From: an uncultured delta proteobacterium
GTDB lineage: Bacteria > Desulfobacterota > BSN033 > UBA1163
Reading direction: 5' to 3'
Assembly (NCBI GenBank): GCA_963827685.1
Contig: CAWHBU010000004.1
Coordinates: 640,001-704,000, forward strand
DNA: 64,000 nucleotides
Shown here: one piece after another, positions 60,771 to 64,000 of the stretch
Layout of the letters: the number at the start of each line of letters is the position of its first letter
How positions within the stretch are numbered: the first letter of the stretch is position 1
Translations under genes and position numbers: made by a program
The notes under the pieces: model-generated
The model's database searches: none
The model's input: only the letters and a program-made list of their open reading frames with translations
Told to the model about the DNA's origin: nothing

Positions 60771-61397
60771 ATGTCACAGATCATCGTCGCACAGAATGTC
60801 CACGGGATTGTTTTGGCAGGTGAGAATCGGGCGATCCAATTGGATGAAAAAGGAAATGAAATTTCATTACAAATAAATCGTCTCCTCCCGCTCACTTCTC
60901 ATTGTGCTCTTCTAACAGCCGGGGCAGCAGAAGGGAAGGATATGGGAAATGCTTTAAAGAGTTTTCTCCTCGGAGAGAAGCTCAATGACGTGCAAGACAT
61001 TTATGGAGCAGCGCTCGCCTATCTTTCTACAGAATACGAACAATTCATGAGAAAGAAGTGTGAATGGCTACCTGTTGATCCCATCCATCAGGTTTCCTTC
61101 GTCCTGGCTGGAAGAACAGAACGGGACCCAGTGATGCCCTTCCGGCTTTACTTCCTTTGGACAAAAAAGAAACTTCCCCGACTCGATGGGGATGAAATTT
61201 CTCACGCCTTTTCCCTGCCGAGGAGAATGGGTTTGGAGTTTCGGTTAAACAAGATGTGTAAAGAGAACGCTTCGTTGAAAGAGATTTTAAGAAAGATGAC
61301 AGACGGAATGGAGCAATTAAAAAGTAAGGGGGAGGTAAGCGGTCCATTCTCCTTCGCCACGATCACCCAGGAGGGATTTCAATCTCTCAATCCCTGA
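60771..61397 (+). CDS. Hypothetical protein, possible Ntn-hydrolase/proteasome-beta-like fold
   Basis: MSQIIVAQ..GIVLAGENR, CALLTAG, FVLAG. Confidence 0.55.
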   Translation: MSQIIVAQNVHGIVLAGENRAIQLDEKGNEISLQINRLLPLTSHCALLTAGAAEGKDMGNALKSFLLGEKLNDVQDIYGAALAYLSTEYEQFMRKKCEWLPVDPIHQVSFVLAGRTERDPVMPFRLYFLWTKKKLPRLDGDEISHAFSLPRRMGLEFRLNKMCKENASLKEILRKMTDGMEQLKSKGEVSGPFSFATITQEGFQSLNP

Positions 61398-62134
61398 AGG
61401 AAACTCCTCACATTTTTACCGAGAACGGAGTGGTTATAGCCTCCTTCGAGGACTCCAAATCGTCTTCCTTGGCAGCGCTCGAGAGAGGCCTCTTTGGCCC
61501 ATTTTCCGATGGTGAAATAGTCCTCGGTCTTAAGCAGCCCTCCCCAGTCCTCTTCGTGGCGGTCAAATCCTGCAGAAATCGCGATGACATCATAGGGTCG
61601 TTCTGTTTGAAGAGATCGTTGGACTTCTTCTAAGAATCTCTCCCTGCGAATCCCTTCAGGATGAAAATAACTCACTGGACTTGAGCCACTGAAGGTATTG
61701 GATGTGCCGTCGCCATAATGGAGATCGAAATCGAGGATAAGAGCGCTTTTGATCTTTTCCTCACTGATGAGCCTTTTGATGGCAATGGCAATATTATTGA
61801 AGTAACAGAACCCCCAACAGGAATGGGGACTGGCATGGTGCCCTGGAGGCCGGATCAAACCGAAAGCAGGCTGGCCCTCACAGGCCATTTCCGCTGCAAG
61901 AATGGCCCCTCCAGCGGCGAGAATTCCAACTTCATAAACCTGAGGCTCCCCTTTAACAAATTGAATGTGACTCTTCCCATGAACTCTCCCCATATCCCTC
62001 TCTGAAGCAGCCTTCGGTTCAATGAATTCAAATTCTTTCTCCAGCGCCTCCACCATGGGCTCCATCCTCCCGGCAGCCGCCGCCGGATCGGAGGTGTAGA
62101 CTTCATAAAATCTTGGATGAAAGACGACCTTCAA
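61379..62134 (-). CDS. Histone-deacetylase-family amidohydrolase
   Basis: RPPGHHA, GFCYFNNIA, DFDLHYGDGT, SAGFD, LEGGY. Confidence 0.92.
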   Translation of the reverse strand: MKVVFHPRFYEVYTSDPAAAAGRMEPMVEALEKEFEFIEPKAASERDMGRVHGKSHIQFVKGEPQVYEVGILAAGGAILAAEMACEGQPAFGLIRPPGHHASPHSCWGFCYFNNIAIAIKRLISEEKIKSALILDFDLHYGDGTSNTFSGSSPVSYFHPEGIRRERFLEEVQRSLQTERPYDVIAISAGFDRHEEDWGGLLKTEDYFTIGKWAKEASLERCQGRRFGVLEGGYNHSVLGKNVRSFLQGLRD

Positions 62135-62181
62135 GGCTTTCCCTCCTTTAACCTAGCTATATTATCATACTCTTCCCATTG

Positions 62182-62218
62182 TTGACAATTCTTTCAGATT
62201 GATATATAGTATATACAA
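62182..62218 (+). promoter_or_regulatory. Sigma-70 promoter of the TA operon with overlapping palindromic operator
   Basis: TTGACA-17-TATAGT; TATATAGTATATA overlapping the -10. Confidence 0.7.
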
Positions 62219-62243
62219 ATTATACAGTGTTGGAGGTGAATGC

Positions 62244-62492
62244 ATGACAACCCAGATGATTATTAGAATAGACCCTGAGGTTAAGCTCAAGCTCAGTAAA
62301 CTTGCCAGGATGGAAGGGAAGACGACAAGCCAGATGGTAAGGGAACTGATAGAGGACTATACCAAAGAAAGGGATATTGGCACTTATATTGATGACCTGT
62401 GGGGAAGAATTGGGGGAAAATTGAGATCCAAAGGGGTAAGACAAAGAGATATCGATAAGGCGATCAAAGAGGTAAGAAGAAGCCGAAGATGA
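62244..62492 (+). CDS. Ribbon-helix-helix (CopG-type) antitoxin
   Basis: QMIIRID..K.KL..LA..EGKT.SQ.VRELIEDY; overlaps toxin ATGA. Confidence 0.8.
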   Translation: MTTQMIIRIDPEVKLKLSKLARMEGKTTSQMVRELIEDYTKERDIGTYIDDLWGRIGGKLRSKGVRQRDIDKAIKEVRRSRR

Positions 62493-62896
62493 GAGTCGTT
62501 ATCGATACCAATATCTTTGTTTCATCCTTTTTCGGAGGTAACCCCCGGAAGATCATTGACCTCTGGAAAAAAGGGAATATAAACCTTTGCCTATCCAATG
62601 ATATCCTTGAAGAGTATGTGGATGCTTTGCGGAGAGTCGGATTAAAAGAAGAAGAGGAGATCGAAGAACTTCTCTCTCTTTTTGCTAAGGGTTTCAATAT
62701 TATCTTTACCACAAACACACCAACGATAAAGGTAGTAAAAGATGATCCTGATGACGACAAATTTATAGAATGTGCAGTCGGCTTAAAGGCTGAAGTCATC
62801 ATCACTGGAGATAAGGCTCTGAGAGCGATGGGTGAATATATGGGGATTAACATATTAACCCCTCAGGAGTTCTTAAAGATCTATGAACCTCACTGA
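62489..62896 (+). CDS. PIN-domain toxin
   Basis: VVIDTNIFVS, DPDDDKFIECA, IITGDKAL. Confidence 0.88.
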   Translation: MRVVIDTNIFVSSFFGGNPRKIIDLWKKGNINLCLSNDILEEYVDALRRVGLKEEEEIEELLSLFAKGFNIIFTTNTPTIKVVKDDPDDDKFIECAVGLKAEVIITGDKALRAMGEYMGINILTPQEFLKIYEPH

Positions 62897-62967
62897 AATA
62901 GTGGTCCAACTGGGCAGTGTGCAGCAGATAAAGACCAATCTTGAAAAACCAACGAGCGTATTGAAAA

Positions 62968-64000
62968 TTGATAAAGACATTTATTAGCCATAGCTCCACT
63001 GATCATCCGTTTGTTGAATGGCTTAAAACAAAGCTTGAAAGAGAGAAATTAGGGTTAGATATTTTTGTCGATGATGGATCTGTTTTTGTAGGTGATGATC
63101 CGCAAAAAATGATAGATGAGGTTAAAAGGTCAATTATTTTTATTCCAGTTTTATCGAACGAATCAGTAAGAAAAGAATTTGTCCAAAATGAACTTAAGAC
63201 AGCAAATGAGAGTAAAACGACATATATTTTTCCTGTCAAACTAAAATGTGATAAAGAGAATATTCCAAAGGTAATCAAGGCAGAATTTACAGCTTTCGAT
63301 AAGGTTGAGGGTAAAATTTATGAAGACTTTTCTAATGAGAAAGAGTGGGATATTCACTATGAACATTTGAGGAGGGCAATTTTTGACAAAATTGTTGAAT
63401 TAGGCCTCTTTAAAGAAGATACTAAAGACTTCTATCAGGACTGTGAACATCTTGATTTAATAATTCAAAGAGAAGATCCAACAATTCTTGAAATAAAAGC
63501 GGTTATAGATGTTTATCTGAAAAAGGAACCATATCAAAGATATTTTTTCAGCAAACTGACTAATGTAAAATGGCTTAAATATCTAAAACTGTACGGTTAT
63601 TTAAAAAGTAATCCTCAACCCATTGAGGCTCAGGATTCCCCCGGCTCTTTCATCATCCCACAGTGGCATGCATTAGAGTATTTGGAGAAAGTTTCCAACC
63701 AGATTTCCAGTAACGAAGAAGCTATTGGTGACCTTCTTGAAATAATCAAATCTGTTACCCATCTTAGAGATGCATCGGGCAAGCACATAGAAAACTACCG
63801 TACTTGGTATTACTTTACGAAGATTTTGCTTAATCTACCAAATGCGAAGATCAGTGAAGAAATAGTCAATCTCATTCCTGTCTGGCTCGATTCAAGGTTC
63901 AGCACGTCTCTGCCGGGTGCTGAAATAGTCGGAAAGCTATTACCCAAGTTCTTGAATAGCAGCGAACCCGAAGACTGGAAAAAAGCAGAAAGAATCATAG
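62968..64000 (+). CDS. N-terminal TIR-domain protein, partial (runs off window, absent from ORF track)
   Basis: TTG 62968 opens a stop-free frame: FISHSSTD..IFVDD..IFIPVLS.ES..EFVQNEL..IFPV, then a helical region; AT-rich. Confidence 0.85.
   Translation, partial: MIKTFISHSSTDHPFVEWLKTKLEREKLGLDIFVDDGSVFVGDDPQKMIDEVKRSIIFIPVLSNESVRKEFVQNELKTANESKTTYIFPVKLKCDKENIPKVIKAEFTAFDKVEGKIYEDFSNEKEWDIHYEHLRRAIFDKIVELGLFKEDTKDFYQDCEHLDLIIQREDPTILEIKAVIDVYLKKEPYQRYFFSKLTNVKWLKYLKLYGYLKSNPQPIEAQDSPGSFIIPQWHALEYLEKVSNQISSNEEAIGDLLEIIKSVTHLRDASGKHIENYRTWYYFTKILLNLPNAKISEEIVNLIPVWLDSRFSTSLPGAEIVGKLLPKFLNSSEPEDWKKAERII

Overview
Window from an anaerobic, probably Desulfobacterota/Deltaproteobacteria-like bacterium (inferred from gene content). 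In order it holds: the end of a 2-oxoacid dehydrogenase operon; a mercury-methylation operon hgcC-hgcA-hgcB, where hgcA has an upstream in-frame Cys-UGA (probable selenocysteine) extension and is split by a 539-bp IS200 whose precise excision restores the frame; EmrAB efflux; a SagB-type nitroreductase; an IS4 in the fprA promoter; fprA-iscU-tldE-tldD; a second apparently identical IS200 at the same 11-bp target context; and a heme-motif sensor kinase plus sigma-54 activator upstream of a decaheme cytochrome/porin (MtrAB-type) pair. After glgC comes a ~29-kb anaerobic aromatic-catabolism island (31.6-60.6 kb). It has two phenylphosphate-synthase-like A/B pairs, a lone phenylphosphate carboxylase beta (UbiD), UbiX, two LpdD-like copies (one fused to a UPF0261 half), UPF0261/Tm-1-like proteins, a CoA ligase, two phytoene-dehydrogenase-family flavoproteins with a small gene between them, an aldehyde oxidoreductase, two phosphatase candidates and an IS1202-type element with a 16-bp target duplication. 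The window ends with a RHH-PIN toxin-antitoxin pair and a TIR-domain gene that is absent from the ORF track and runs off the edge. Four genes carry +1 frameshifts, all beside TCGA. No rRNA, tRNA or CRISPR was recognised. Family calls come from motif recognition by eye; no database search was run.
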